Assembly (NCBI RefSeq): GCF_009834535.1
Contig: NC_045697.1
Span: 80,664,001-80,728,000 of the forward strand
Direction: 5' to 3'
Origin: Camelus ferus
Lineage: Eukaryota
DNA length: 64,000 nt
In this document: in pieces, positions 1 through 12,285 of the stretch
How positions within the stretch are numbered: position 1 is the first letter of the stretch
Layout: each line of letters opens with the position of its first letter
Notes under the pieces: model-generated
Seen by the model: the letters and a program-made list of their open reading frames with translations, nothing else
The model's database searches: none
What the model was told of the DNA's origin: nothing
Position numbers and translations under genes: made by a program

Positions 1-879
1 CAGAAATGGGTTACCATAACTTATTTGTTGATAACTCCAGCGCTCATCTTCTATTCTTTTTATTATTAGGAGTTGTTTCCTCTTTGAAAATTAGTTTCCT
101 GCCATATAATATTCTCTCAAGAGGGAAGAAGTCCATTATCTTGACCTAAAATTTATAACCTTTAGATTTCTTAATCAAAATATCTTCATTTAACTTAAGT
201 AGATTTGTGATTGCTGTCTGGCCAGGACTCATATTATCACCTGCTCCTTGTATTTTTATGTCATTCAGTTACCTGATGTTAATATTTTGCTCTCAGAAGA
301 TGATTATATGGTTCAACTGTCTGTGCTCACAATGGTGATGTTTTTATCCTGGTAAATATTTCCTAACATGATGATAGTGTTCTTCTCTGACTCATAATGA
401 AATTTTAAAATATAAAAAATAAAGGCTGTTACTGCACATCATTCTATAAAACTGCACATCATGCTGTAGTGCTATTGATACTTTTGAGTGTGGAGGTCAT
501 GATATAGGCACAGTGATGGGAAATGCTGGCTGTCACAGATCTGTTTCTCAGCACTGAACTTTATCCCACTTAAATTATCCAGAGATTCTAGAATATATAG
601 TAAAATCTCTCCTCTGCATTTTTACACGAGATTAAAGAATATTGCAATAAGAATTTTGCAAATAAATACACTGAAAGAGCAACTATTATTTAGTTTTTAT
701 TATGTTACATTAACAGTGAAGCAAAGCCTTATGCAAATGTTGATTCACTAGGTTATTACATAATTTTTTGATAAGAAGTAATATATTATGAGAGCTCACT
801 CCTCCGAGGTAGGTGTTTTCTTAGACATCTTCAAGATTTTGTCTGTCTATATTTATTAGTTGCTATGTAAATACTGAAT

Positions 880-1050
880 GCTTTCTATAACAGATGCCAT
901 GTGAAGTTTTTTAACCTAAAGCCTCACAATAACCCTGCAATTAATGTGCAATGCATTATCCCCTTCTTTCAGATGAGGAAATTGAAGCTTACAGAGAGTG
1001 GCTTGCAGAGATGGGATACTAACCAGGCCTAGATGTCTGTGATCCCACTG
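880..1050 (-). mobile_element. MIR SINE fragment
   Basis: MIR core in antisense: cctcacaataaccctg...atccccttctttcagatgaggaaattgaagcttacagagag. Confidence 0.75.
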
Positions 1051-1214
1051 TGCTCTGCTGTCTTTTTTTAAACTGAACGTATTGTCTTTTTTACATGTCT
1101 GATTAGGAACCCTCTCAGTAGGATCGCTGTTGAAGAGCTCTAAGGAAGTTGCTAAGAACTTTCATAAGAATTCCATGTAAGTTTTAATTCATATACAACT
1201 GTGTTCATGAACCA

Positions 1215-1557
1215 CATTGGCCTAAAACAAATGGACCACCAGATATTTCTTCAGCAAAAATGGGTTTATTCGGGATCAGCAGAGAATTGTAGTTTGGAGT
1301 CTGCAGCCATGGTGAGATACATGCAAGTCCCCACATGGCAAGGGAAGGAAAACACTATAAAGGGAAAAGAGACTTGAGAGGGCTATAGGAAGCAAAGAGT
1401 CTAAGGCTTCTCATTGGCTAAGTCCTTGCCAGGAAAGAAGAGGAGTCTATTTTTTTTTTTTTTTTCCTGTTGGACTCTGTTATCCTTACAGGGTATGAGA
1501 ATTCTTCCTTCTCGTCTCCTGACCCTAGTTAACTGAGGTTTCTGTTTATTTTTTACA
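1215..1557 (-). mobile_element. Solo ERV1-class LTR
   Basis: Begins TGTAAAAAATAAACAG on the minus strand. Minus-strand AATAAA lies near its 3' end (tttatt at ~1265). Flanked by 4-bp direct repeat ACCA at 1211-1214 and 1558-1561. Confidence 0.65.
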
Positions 1558-1904
1558 ACCATTACCCAGGTTCAACTCTCCTTTTGAAATCATCTCTCTT
1601 TGTTACTCCACACTCTCAAAACAGTTGCCAAATCCTGTTGTTTAACATCTGTTTTCTCTACAAGACAGATTTGTGTGTCTTATGAAGCAGGCGCTATTTT
1701 GTGAAAGCAGGCACCATTTTGGTCTAATATTATTTCTTGTGTCTAGGAAAATGCTTTGCCTAGAGGAGCTAATAAACATTTGTAAGTGCAGTGATTTCTT
1801 AGCTATCTCCTCTTTTCATCTCTTACTGTCAGCAAAGCAGATAGAGCCTTCAAAACTTTTCACTTGGGCTGTTAAATACAGTCACCTTCCCTTGGTTGAC
1901 ATTT

Positions 1905-2110
1905 CGACCTTAGGCCTCTTTCTGTTCCTCCAACCTGCCAAGCATGTTGCTGCCCCAGGACCTGTACACTTACTGTTCACTTGGTAGAAACACTCTTCTC
2001 CCAGAGGACCACATTGCTTACTCCCACACCTCTCTTGGCTGTCTACTCAAATGACTTCCTTTCAACGAGAATACCTATTTAAAATAGCCACCTCTCTCCA
2101 TCCATGGCTC
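1905..2110 (+). mobile_element. L2 LINE 3' fragment
   Basis: L2-like ggcctctttctgttcctccaacctgccaagcatgttgctgccccaggacct...actcaaatgacttcctttc. Confidence 0.65.
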
Positions 2111-2159
2111 CATATCTGATTATTGAAATTTCATTCCTCAGTCTGAGGTTCAGTTTAGT

Positions 2160-3100
2160 TCCTTAAGGATAGCTCAGGGTGAAACCAGTGGGATTGTAGT
2201 ACATGCAGTCACAGAGATGGGGGACCAAATCACATAAGGCCTGGGAGACAGTTTCTACAATTGCAACTTTTTCTATGAATAAGAGGAGGTATTGAAGGAG
2301 AGAAGTGAACAGGGACATGATTTAGTAGAGTATTTACTATTCTAGGTGAGAGAGATGAGACAGAAAGAATGGTGTCTTGGAACCAAGTGTTAACAGAGGA
2401 ACATATGGATAAAATTTGCCAATGAAATAAATGTAGGATGTGAGAGAATGAGAGGAGTCAAGAATGACCTTAAGGATGATGGCCTGAGAAATTGGAATGG
2501 TAGAATTTTCATTTACTAAGTTGAGAAAAATGTTGGCACAGTGGTTTTTAATGAGTAGATCGATTTAGGGCATGCCAAATTTGAGAAATCTATTTGATAT
2601 TTAAGTAAAAAGTAATAGATAACCAAGTAGAGGGGAGAGTAGGCAGTTTCATAAAAAATTCTGGTATTTAGGTAATAAAACTAGACTTGGGATATGAATG
2701 TAGAAGTCAGTGTTTATGTGATGTATAAAACCATCAGGCTGGATAAGATCACTGAGGAGTGAGGGCAAATAGAGAAGAGGTTCAGACTAAGCCCTAGGAC
2801 ACTTAGATGAGGAGAAACCAGCAAGAGAGAGTGGGGGAAAGCAATCATTGTGATGGGAAGAGAACCAGTGGAATGAGCTGTCTCAGAAGACAAGAGAAGG
2901 TATTTCAAGGAGGAAGGAGAAATCAACTGGCTGAGTAGTTCTAATGAATCATATAAGGTGAGGACTGAGAAATGACTACTGAAATGACAAACATAGAAGT
3001 CATTTCCAACCTTTCAAAGTGCAGGTTACAGAAGCTGCTGTTCAAAGGCAGGGATAGGACATACTGCAAAAGAAGAACATGACATGTGCAAAGAGGATGG
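2160..3100 (-). mobile_element. L2 LINE ORF2 remnant
   Basis: Purine-rich antisense L2 motifs: gaggagtcaagaatgacc, ggataagatcactgagg, ggtgaggactgagaaatgact. Confidence 0.7.
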
Positions 3101-3207
3101 GGCTGTGAGGCAGGTTCCAGAGACAACAAGTAGTTCCTTTTTGAAAAAAGAATTAATGGGTAGGTTCTGGCCATTGAAGACTCATTACTTGACTTAGGTG
3201 TGGGGGA

Positions 3208-3258
3208 TGTGTGTATGTGTGTGTGTGTGTGTATGTGTTTATGTATGTATGTGTGTAT
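3208..3258. repeat. (TG)n/(TATG)n microsatellite
   Basis: Directly visible imperfect TG/TATG run. Confidence 0.9.
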
Positions 3259-5112
3259 GATTATTGACCATTCAATGTTTAAAAGCTTTAAAGAAAGTAT
3301 GGTGGCATCAGTATCAGTAATGAATTTAGGAGACAAAATTACCTCTTTAAGGCAATAGTGAAATGAATTTAAAAAATAAATTCAGCTTAATTTAACATTT
3401 GTAATTTTTTTTTAGATTTTTACCCAAACAAGCAGAGTTGACACAAAACAGTCTTGAGAAGCATGGGTAGTGAAATAACAATTGAAAATAAATGTTTTAA
3501 GCATGGAATTTAAAAAAATTACATCACAGATGATTTAATGTTTGTGTGCATTATAAAAATCTCAAAAATATGTACTCAAAAGACTCATTTTGAAATTCTT
3601 GAGAAAATTGTACTTTATAATTTATGGCAAAAATGTTTACTAGTTCACATAATATGAAAGTAGATGTTTAACTCCAAAAATTGTTTCACATATGAGCTGG
3701 TGAAATTGCTATGAGGTATTCATTCTTTAAACTATATTTGTGTTTGTATTTTCATGATCCATAAAGCACTAACGTAAAACAGGTTTTCAACAGTCCTTAT
3801 ATGTTTCACACAGCTGTCATGGGGCTAATGCAATAATCGTGTATCCATATATGATCAGTGGTGTGATCATTTTATGTATATATTAATGTTTAGTAAGTTC
3901 TACCCAGAAACTGGTGATATTATAAACTGATATTCCAGAATCATGGTATAGTGTTTGGATTAACTGTCAGGGAAATTAGACCTGGTTAGCAACTCTGGTT
4001 CTCAGTTTCCTTATCTCAGAAAAATAGTATGTGCTATGTCTGTCTTTTAAGGTTGGAAGGAATGATCAAAAAAAAAAAGATAATCCTCTTCCAATGTATT
4101 ATTAATATTTGTTAATATTTTATATTTAATATTTATATTCTCAATATTGTAAATTGTTCCAAGAACGTAAAGTGTGAATGTGCATGTGTGTGTGTTTAAA
4201 AAGAAACTTCAGTAGAACAAGAAAGGATATTTTGATATCTCATTTATTTATTGTTTCAGCAGATGTATTCAATTTTAAAATAGTAATATGAAACTCAAGC
4301 TAGAATTGAGCTGCTGAAGTATTTCATAAACTGTCTTATTACAACCAAATTCAGAGATCAAGTGTCACTTAGCTTTAGAAAGCAAGCTTTATCTTTTAAA
4401 AGAAAAAAATCAATCTTTCTTTCAAATAACTAATAAGTACATGTTTTTTCCTCATATGTTTGCTAGATTTCTCTTCCCATCCTCTGTATCATGACTTAAA
4501 TTGTGTAATTTCTGCTACATTTGGGTCCAGATCTTTACTACCTCACAAAGTTATAATGCTTATTGTTTGCTCGATAATCTCACATGTTCCTTTCCTCCCC
4601 TGTGCTTGAGTTTCAGTCCCTTGTTTTTGATTCATATTATCTAATTTTAAAAAATCAGTTTCCAGTTCAGCTCATTATACTACACACATATCCTTAGCAT
4701 ACTCTACACACATTGGGAGAGAATTATCATTTTGGCCCATGATGGGAGCTCTTTCTCAAGAAGACTTATGAATATATCTACTTTACAAAGAAGCAATAAA
4801 AAAAGACAGTTCACCTTTGGGAAGAAGTAAAGTACATGTTGGTGCTTGATATCCATCTAACTTGCTATGGATCTGCTGCATTTCCTGCATGTCTTGTGAG
4901 TGCTGAATGGTCAACTGGGCAATAAATTATCCCCTAACTTATTGGCTATTAATAATGAGGAACTGGGGAAATTGACTGCAGGCTAGATCGCATCTTGGGT
5001 GTTCCCTCTGGGTGGGAAGATTTCTATATCAATATGGTGGACAGTCTTAGTGTTACTCTATTGTAACCACTAGTTCAAAGATTCTTCGTGAGTAGCCAGA
5101 AGGTTTTACCTC

Positions 5113-5524
5113 TATGATGGTTAATTTTATATGTCAACCAAGCTAGGCCATGGTATCCAGTTTTGGGTCAACTACCAGATGTTGTTGTGAAGGTATTTTT
5201 TCAGATGTAATTAACATTTATATCAGTAGGCTTTGAGTAAAGCAGATTACCCTCTATAATATGAGTGGGCCTCATCCAATCAGTTGAAGGCCTTAAAGGA
5301 AAAGACTGACAACCCCCAGGGAAGAAAAAATTTGGTCTCCAGATGCTTTTGGATTCAAGACTGCAACATCATCTCTTTCCTAGTTCTCTAGTCTGCTGAC
5401 CTGCCCTGCAAGTTTCAGACTTGCTATCCCCCATAATCATGTAAGCCAATTCTTTAAAATAAATCTCTCTCTCTCTCTTTCTATATATATATATCTGTTT
5501 CTTTGGAGAACCCTGACAAATACA
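5113..5524 (+). mobile_element. MLT2 (MLT2C/D-like) ERVL solo LTR
   Basis: tatgatggttaattttatatgtcaac start; gagtaaagcagattaccctc, gggcctcatccaatcagttgaaggcctt; ends ggagaaccctgacaaataca. Confidence 0.9.
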
Positions 5525-6330
5525 GCCCCCTTTTCAGACAAGTTAATCATCATGAACCTACACTGAATGCAACAGGAGGGAAATTCATGATGTTTATTGT
5601 CAGAAGGCTGACAAATCATTATAACTTAGGGTAATTCACCTGGAGATGAGGGGGGCAGGCATGTAATGCTTATTAAGGAAGAATGGCAAGAGCAGGGTGT
5701 GTTATGACACAGTGGAAAGTATATCATGCCAAATTTAGAGCCATTCAGAAACAATAGTAAAAGTTATCAGAATTATTTTTGCACTAGGTTGTGGCTACTG
5801 TAAGGGACTTTTTGTGTTCTCAGTAAGAGTTCTATGAGATAGGTCAACTCTCATGGGAAATCATAAATAAAACATTCAGTAGTATTTGGGTTCTTACTGC
5901 CTTGGATTGTATAATCCCTTGGATTGGTATTATAAAGCTGAAGAAATTGAACCACTGGAAAACGGACACCTGATCCAAAATAATTGAGTTAAATTCTTGT
6001 GGTCAGACTGCTGCCCCACAAAATTTCCTTATCCCATATGATAAAATGAGTGAAAACTTGAGAATGGTTATCTTGACAGTGTGGCAGCAAAAGCCCTGTT
6101 TTAAGATGGACTCATAAGAGTTGCTATTGTTTGAGTCAAGCCCAAGACAGCCAAAGGGTATAGCCAGAAAGCAAAGTGGATGTGGCTGCGTAGTCGGGGA
6201 GTCCTCAATCCTGAAATCTCTGGTAATCAGTAATGATCACTTTACTGTTCAATATAGGGCTTTGGGTGGAATGAAAACATTAGAAATTTGATGAATCTGT
6301 GAGCAGCCACTACCTGGAACTGAATACAAA

Positions 6331-6639
6331 TAGTCATTCCTTGGTATCCAAGAGGAGGATTGCTTCTAGGACTTCTCTTGGATACCAAAATCCAAGGATG
6401 CTCAAGTCCCTTATGTAAAATGGTATAGTATTTGCATATAACCTATGCACATCTTCCCACATAATTTAAGTCATCTCTGGATTATTTATCATACTTAATA
6501 CAATGTAAATGCTATGTAAGTAGTTGCCAGCATGCAGCAAATTCAAGTTTTGCTTTTTGGAAATTTTGGGAATTTTTTTTCCCATCTGCTCTGTATTGGA
6601 TCCGAGGATGTGGAGATCGTGGATATAAAGGTCTGATTA
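6331..6639 (+). mobile_element. MER2B-like TcMar-Tigger MITE
   Basis: ggataccaaaatccaaggatgctcaagtcccttatgtaaaatggtatagtatttgcatataaccta...gcaaattcaagttttgctttttggaa. Confidence 0.85.
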
Positions 6640-7149
6640 TGTATGTGTCTTGCTTACTTGTGTGGTGCTTCCTTTTCCCTCCACATCCCCTGATTTCTTG
6701 CCTCCTCCTTTATCTACACCCAGCCACCTAAGGAGAAAGATGATCAGAGGTCTCCATGTCCCTAAGTGTTTCAGAGGCACTTGTCTGACTATAACGGGAA
6801 GCTTCAGAAATGAGAGGGACTCAAACCTGTAGACTTGTTGGAGAAAGGCAATCAAGTCTCATCCTACTCTGCTCCATGTTGGGAGGAGCAACCAAATTCA
6901 ACTGTTAGGGTCTAGGCAAGTTCCAAAGTAGTGATAGGAAACGAATGTGACCTTATGGGACTTGTTCCACAATAGTGATAGAAAGTTAATGTAATCTCAT
7001 GACACTTGTCTTGTTAGCCCATCTCAATGTTCTACAACACTAGATTCTGTCTAAATGTATAGTAGTAAGTAATGTGCTATATGCTTGTGTATCTCTCTAT
7101 GATAAGTGCCAGAGAGGAGTCTGCCAATCATTAACAGCTGCATGTAGAG

Positions 7150-7720
7150 AAATGTTAGTAACTTTGGGGCTCCACAACCTACTGATCCCTTTGAGCTAAA
7201 AGTTTCTGTGACTAATTATTTTGGTGATTTTGCCTCTGGCAAAAGGATACCTCTGAATGAAGACTCATTCATTCAGAGGCATCCTTTGGGTTTTGTGTTT
7301 GTCATCTCCATGATACGGCTACCAGGAAATCTTTCAAAATGCAGCCATTAGCCTGCTACTATGGTCTTAGAGAAATTGAATGGCTAATTCCTGGAGTCCT
7401 TGTGACTCTCTGCTCTGATAGCCTCATTTTGTGTTGGGTAAATGAGACCCTGACTAATAAGATGGAGAGGGCCAAGTACACCTCTCTTGTCAAACAGAAA
7501 TGGAACAGCGAAGAACACAGCTGGCCTGGCTCCAGTGCACCTCAGCTTTTTGTTAAAAAGTGACAATTATCTCATTAGAAAAAAAACTCATCCTTACTCA
7601 GACTGTTGAAGCAAAGTTGTTGGTTCAGTGGAGCCCCCAGTTACCAGAGCTTCCCTTAAATGCATGGGCCTGGCTCACCAATTGTTAAGCTGAAGTGGTA
7701 TTGTTTGACTTGCCTCTTAA
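7150..7720 (+). pseudogene. ERVL-like pol remnant (RT connection / RNase H region)
   Basis: ORF 7339-7563 (QPLACYYGLREIEWL...VTL...LILCWV...TNKMERAKYTSLVKQKW) resembles ERVL QLLACYWALVETE...HKVG.AQQ.SIIKWKW. It is followed by WSPQLPELPLNAWAWLTNC*A, matching the AWFTDGSA RNase H start. Confidence 0.8.
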
Positions 7721-7846
7721 AAAGTTCACTCAACTATTCTGCTTTTACCTCTCACCTTCTCCTGGTCCACGTATCTGTAAGGCGGTTTGGTCACCAAATG
7801 TTGCTGTCCCTAGAAAGGTGTTGTCTTCTCTTGCACACTTCCTGGG

Positions 7847-8301
7847 CATACTTGGTTGAATTGTGTCCCCTAAGCATTATGTCTGTCTGGAACCTCAGAA
7901 TGTGAACTTATTAGAAAAAAGGGTCTTTGCAGATATAATTGTGGATCTTTAGATGAAGTCATCCTTAGATTATAGTGTGCCTTCAATTCAATGTCTGGTG
8001 TCTTTATAAAAGGAAGGAGAGGTAGATTTGGACACAGAGAGACACACAGGGAAGAGGGCCATGTAAATTTGGACACAGAAATTGGAGTTGTGTTGCCACA
8101 AGCCAGGGAATACTAGGAGCCAACAAAAACTGGAAGAGGCAAGCTAAGGATTTTTCCCTAGGTCCTTCAGAGGGAGCATGACCCTGTTGACATCTTGATT
8201 CTAGACTTTTAGTCTCCAGAACTGTGAAAGAACATATTTCTTCTGTTTTAAACCACTGAGTTTGTGATCATTTGGTATGGCAGCCTAAGGAAACTATTAC
8301 A
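7847..8301 (+). mobile_element. MLT1C/D-like MaLR solo LTR
   Basis: ggttgaattgtgtcccc...ggaacctcagaatgtga...gggtctttgcagat...ccttcagagggagcatg...ggcagcctaaggaaactattaca. Confidence 0.9.
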
Positions 8302-9608
8302 TTGAGACATGATTAAGGGTGGTGGTTCTATAAAACAATTTTGAAAACTTAGGATTCCAACGTGACCTTTCCTGGACATGATACCTCTTTCTTTCCCTTG
8401 ACTGCAACCCCAGGTTGGTCTGAATTGTACATTTTCCAGATGTAGCTTAGCCAAAAGGGGAGCTAGTGTCTTCAAACTTAATGCTGGTTCAGCTATTTAC
8501 ATTCTCGTGTGGGAATGACATGGTCCTCGGTCATAGTAAGAATGACTGCTTGGTTGAGTACACCTGTTGGCTGAGTTCTTCTCCAGAGCCTCATGAAGAC
8601 CAAAGCAGGGCATATAATGGGTCTCTCTAAGTTCTGTAGAAATGCTCTTGTCCCTCTTGGGCTAACTCTTGTAGATGAAAAGTCTAGATATGATTGGGGA
8701 ATGATTGGAGAAAGGTAAAGTTATAGCTAGTGGGGCAGAACACATTGCTTTTATGCCAGTGGAAGGAGAACAATAATTTTGGCACCTGGAAATGGATGGT
8801 ACAGGAGAGGACAGACACTAATTTTCATTTCTCTTTTGGAGCTGGTCCTAGAGCCTTTCTTACAAAAGAGAAATGACCTGGTATGTCTCTCCCAAATGGT
8901 TGCAATAATATTTAACTTACTGGTGGGTCTGCTATCCTTCTGCTAGACAGCTCTGACTGTAATTTGATCATAAGATTAATTCCCTTCAATCTTACTAAGA
9001 AGCTTATTAGAAATAGAAGAGGATGGTCCAATTTCTGTACCTTCTATGCAAAACATCTATAACCACCAGTGGATGTCTGCTCCAGCCCCATTCTTGAATC
9101 TGCTGCTCAGTCATTATGTGTGGCAAACAAATTCCACTCAGCTGGTGGTGAAGGGAAAATGACTGGACTGGCTGCCCTTACATCATAGCTACAAAAAAAA
9201 AAAAGAATTGAACTTAGTTACTGGAACTTCACTGGGAACCCTAAGATCTATCAGCTGGCTATGAGGCCACACTGGAGGTACTGTCAACCTGTGCTCTGCC
9301 AGCTAATGTAGGGTAAACAATTGTAAACAGCATTTTCTTTCCAAGGGCATCAGATGTGTCTCTAGAACTGACCCGATGAGGAAGTCAAACATTAATTTGC
9401 CTCCCTCCTGAAAACGTAGCTATGAGGTTGTCATCTGAGACCAGTGTTTAAAGGAACATCATCAGTAGACCAGGTGGTCCTCAGATGGCTCTGGTGTTCT
9501 CCACTGTCACTTTCTTTGGAGAGCTTCCCAGAAGGATAACTGTCTCATTTTCATGTACCCTGTTGGTAGTTATCCCTGTGATGTGAGTCATCCAGTTAGA
9601 AAAAGTAC

Positions 9609-10067
9609 TGAGTTTCCACACATCAGTCATATCGTATAGTATTTGTTTTTCTCTCTCTGACTTATTTTGCTTAGCATAATGCCCTCAAGATGCAGGTTCA
9701 TCCATGTTGCCCCAAATGGCAGGATTTCTTTCTTTCTCATCACTAAATTTTATCTATCTATCTATCTCACATTTTCTTTTTCCTTATCTATTCATACACT
9801 GATGAACACTTACCTTGTCCCATATCTTGGCTATTGTAAATACTGTTTCAATGAACATGAAAGTACAGATATCTCTTCAAAATCATTTCCTCTTTGTATA
9901 TACTCAGGAATAGAATTGCTGGATCACATGGTAGTTCTATTTTTAATTTTTTGAGGAACTTCCATACAGTTTTACATAGTGGCTGCACCAATTTACATTC
10001 CCACCAACAGTGCACAAGGGTTCCCTTTCCTCTATATCCTTACCAACACTTGTTATTTCTTGTCTTT
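9609..10067 (-). mobile_element. L1 (L1MA9-like) ORF2 3' end; inverted segment of a 5'-inverted insertion
   Basis: Antisense L1: cttagcataatgccctcaag, ggtagttctatttttaattttttgaggaacttccatac, ggctgcaccaatttacattcccaccaacag. Confidence 0.85.
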
Positions 10068-10227
10068 AGAAACATAGAGTAGAATGGTGATCACCAGGGC
10101 CAAGAGGCTGGGGAAAATGGGGAGATGGTGGTCAAAAAGTACAAACTTCCAGTTATAAAATGACTGATTTCTGGGGAACTAATGTATAGGCGTGGTGATT
10201 ATAGTTAATGATAATGTATTATATACA
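10067..10227 (+). mobile_element. L1 (L1MA9-like) 3' UTR; non-inverted segment
   Basis: tagaaacatagagtagaatggtg...ggggagatggtggtcaaaaagtacaaacttccagttataa. Confidence 0.85.
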
Positions 10228-10578
10228 TTCCAACAGCATTTGCTCAATTCATGTCTCTGTGTCACATTTTGGTAATCCTTAAACTACTTCTAACTTTTTG
10301 ATTTTACTATATTTCTATGGTGATCTGTGATCAGTGATCTTCGATGTTACTATTGTAATTGTTTTGGCAATTTTTACCAATAGAGTATTTTTAAATTAAG
10401 ATATGTACGTTTTTTAGACATAAGGCTATTACACACTTAATAGACTACAATATAATGCAAACATAACTTTTATATGCACTGGGAAGACAAAAAAAATCCA
10501 TGTGACTCGCTTTATTGCAATATTAGCTTTATTGTGGTAGTCTGGAACTGAACCTGCAATATCTCGGAGGTATGCCTG
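10228..10578 (+). mobile_element. Tigger1-derived MITE (Tigger1a-like), 5' TIR missing
   Basis: Tigger1 left-end sequence is joined at ~10366 to right-end sequence. Ends in TIR gaggtatgcctg followed by TA. Confidence 0.85.
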
Positions 10579-10899
10579 TACTTTGTTTTGGCAGCCCCAG
10601 CTGACTTATACATTTTCTAAGATAGAGCCTAAGAATTTGTGGTATTTGTTAAGCTCTTTGGGTCCAGGACCCAAAGGGCCTGGTTGAAGTCAGGACTGCT
10701 AGTTGCTCTCATCCTGGAACAGCAGCTCTAATGAAATGTTGTATGAAACAAATTGAATGAATTTAGTTCCAGCCTGTGTGGGTCAGATTAATCAGAGTGG
10801 GTGATGGGATGGCTTACTCATAAAAAATTTTCATCAGATGTCAAGGTGATACAGAAGTGATGGGTGGATATTGTTGGGAGAAAATACAGTTGTCTCAAG

Positions 10900-11320
10900 T
10901 GTCAGAACATCTTGTGAGCAGAGGAATTGACTGACCGTTGTTCTGGAACATCTTTACACGGATGTTTGTACAGGAACAGCCTTGAAAGACAGAGATAGTG
11001 TCTCCCTCTAGAACAGAAGGCAGGCTTACTTACTGCTCATAATAAAAGATCTGCATTCCCTAAGCTCAGGTTTCTTTCCTGTATTGCAACCCACAATGCG
11101 TGCAGTTGTTATTCAGCCTTTGTGTCACCCCCTAGAAATTGGGACTGTAGGAACTGCTGTAAAATATGCTGATGCTTGTGCTGCTTGCAGCACCTTGAGA
11201 AATCAAGTCTGTCACTGAGCCGGGAGGCTTGTGTCTTCTGCCAGAATCCATAAAACTGCAGCAGGCTACCTTTTAGCTTATAAGCAGGGTAATATCTCAG
11301 ACCCTTAGCAGTCTTTGACA
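10900..11320 (+). mobile_element. ERV1 solo LTR (MER89/MER90-like)
   Basis: TG...CA termini; ttccctaagctcagg, tgtgtcttctgccag...atctcagacccttagcagtctttgaca. Confidence 0.7.
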
Positions 11321-11515
11321 ACTGGAGGAAAATTCCCCTTTTTATTGAAAAGAAAAACATAGGAAACAGTTGAAATCTATTTCAAATAATGCATTGGTCA
11401 GTTGAGGGCTACAGTCCCTTTAATATCTGGGAAAATTTTTAAGAGCTTATAATTCTTCCTCCTGTTTTCTGCACATTTCTAGATCAATTGCAACATGTAT
11501 GCCCTCTGGACTCCT

Positions 11516-11852
11516 GCTAATCCCCCAGTACCTCAGAATGTGACTGTATTTGGAGATAGGGCTTTATATAGGTAATTAAGTTAAATGAGGTCATCAGGGT
11601 GGGCCCTAATCCCCTATGGCTCGTGTCCTTGTAGGGAGAGGTGATTAGGATACAGATACACACAGGAAAAAAGATCATGTGAGGACACAGTGAGAATGCA
11701 TCTATGAAGCCATGGAGAGAGGCTCTCAGAAGAATTCAATCCTGCTTATACCTTGGTCTTGGACTTATAGCCTTCAGAATTATGAGAAAATAAATTTCTG
11801 TTAAGCTACCCAATCTGGTACTTTTTTCTGGCAGTCCTAGCAAACAAATACA
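11516..11852 (+). mobile_element. MLT1B-like MaLR LTR (5' truncated)
   Basis: cccccagtacctcagaatgtgactgtatttggagataggg...catgtgaggacacagtgagaa...ggcagtcctagcaaacaaataca. Confidence 0.9.
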
Positions 11853-12285
11853 TCCTCCCTCACACTGCTTCACTACACTTGCCTTCTGTAAACACACCAA
11901 ACACGTTTCTGCTTTGTTTACTTACTATTCCGTTTCCCTGGACATTCTGATTTCAGGTACCCATAGCCTCCTCCATAGCTTCCTTTCCAAATACACATAG
12001 TTTACTCATTTTATTCAGGTGCTTGATCAAATATCACCTTTCAAAGAGGACTTTTGACTCACATCACAAGCACTCTTAGTCTTTTCTCAGATTTTTCCTA
12101 CCACTAATCACTAACATATTATATACTTGTTTGTTGCGCTTTTTTCATCTGTATCCTCTGACTAGAATGCCATTTCCACTAGAGCAGGGACTCTGTCTTG
12201 TTCATAAGTGTACATCCAGTACCTAGAAGAGTCCCTTGTACACAGTTGATACTCAGTAAATTTACGAAGTATTGAATGAATGAAT
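11853..12285 (+). mobile_element. L2 3' end
   Basis: ctagaatg...gagcagggactctgtcttgttca...cagtacctagaa...ctcagtaaat...tgaatgaatgaat tail. Confidence 0.85.

Larger units (their letters stand above)
4700..9600 (+). mobile_element. Highly decayed class III (ERVL-like, HERV16/ERV3-16A3-type) internal region, interrupted by younger repeats
   Basis: The core at 7150-7720 translates to ERVL-like pol. The extent on either side is inferred from composition and continuity and is approximate. Confidence 0.5.

Noticed and set aside
2941..3336. 131-aa His/Thr-rich ORF
   Set aside because: Artefact of the TG microsatellite plus L2 sequence.
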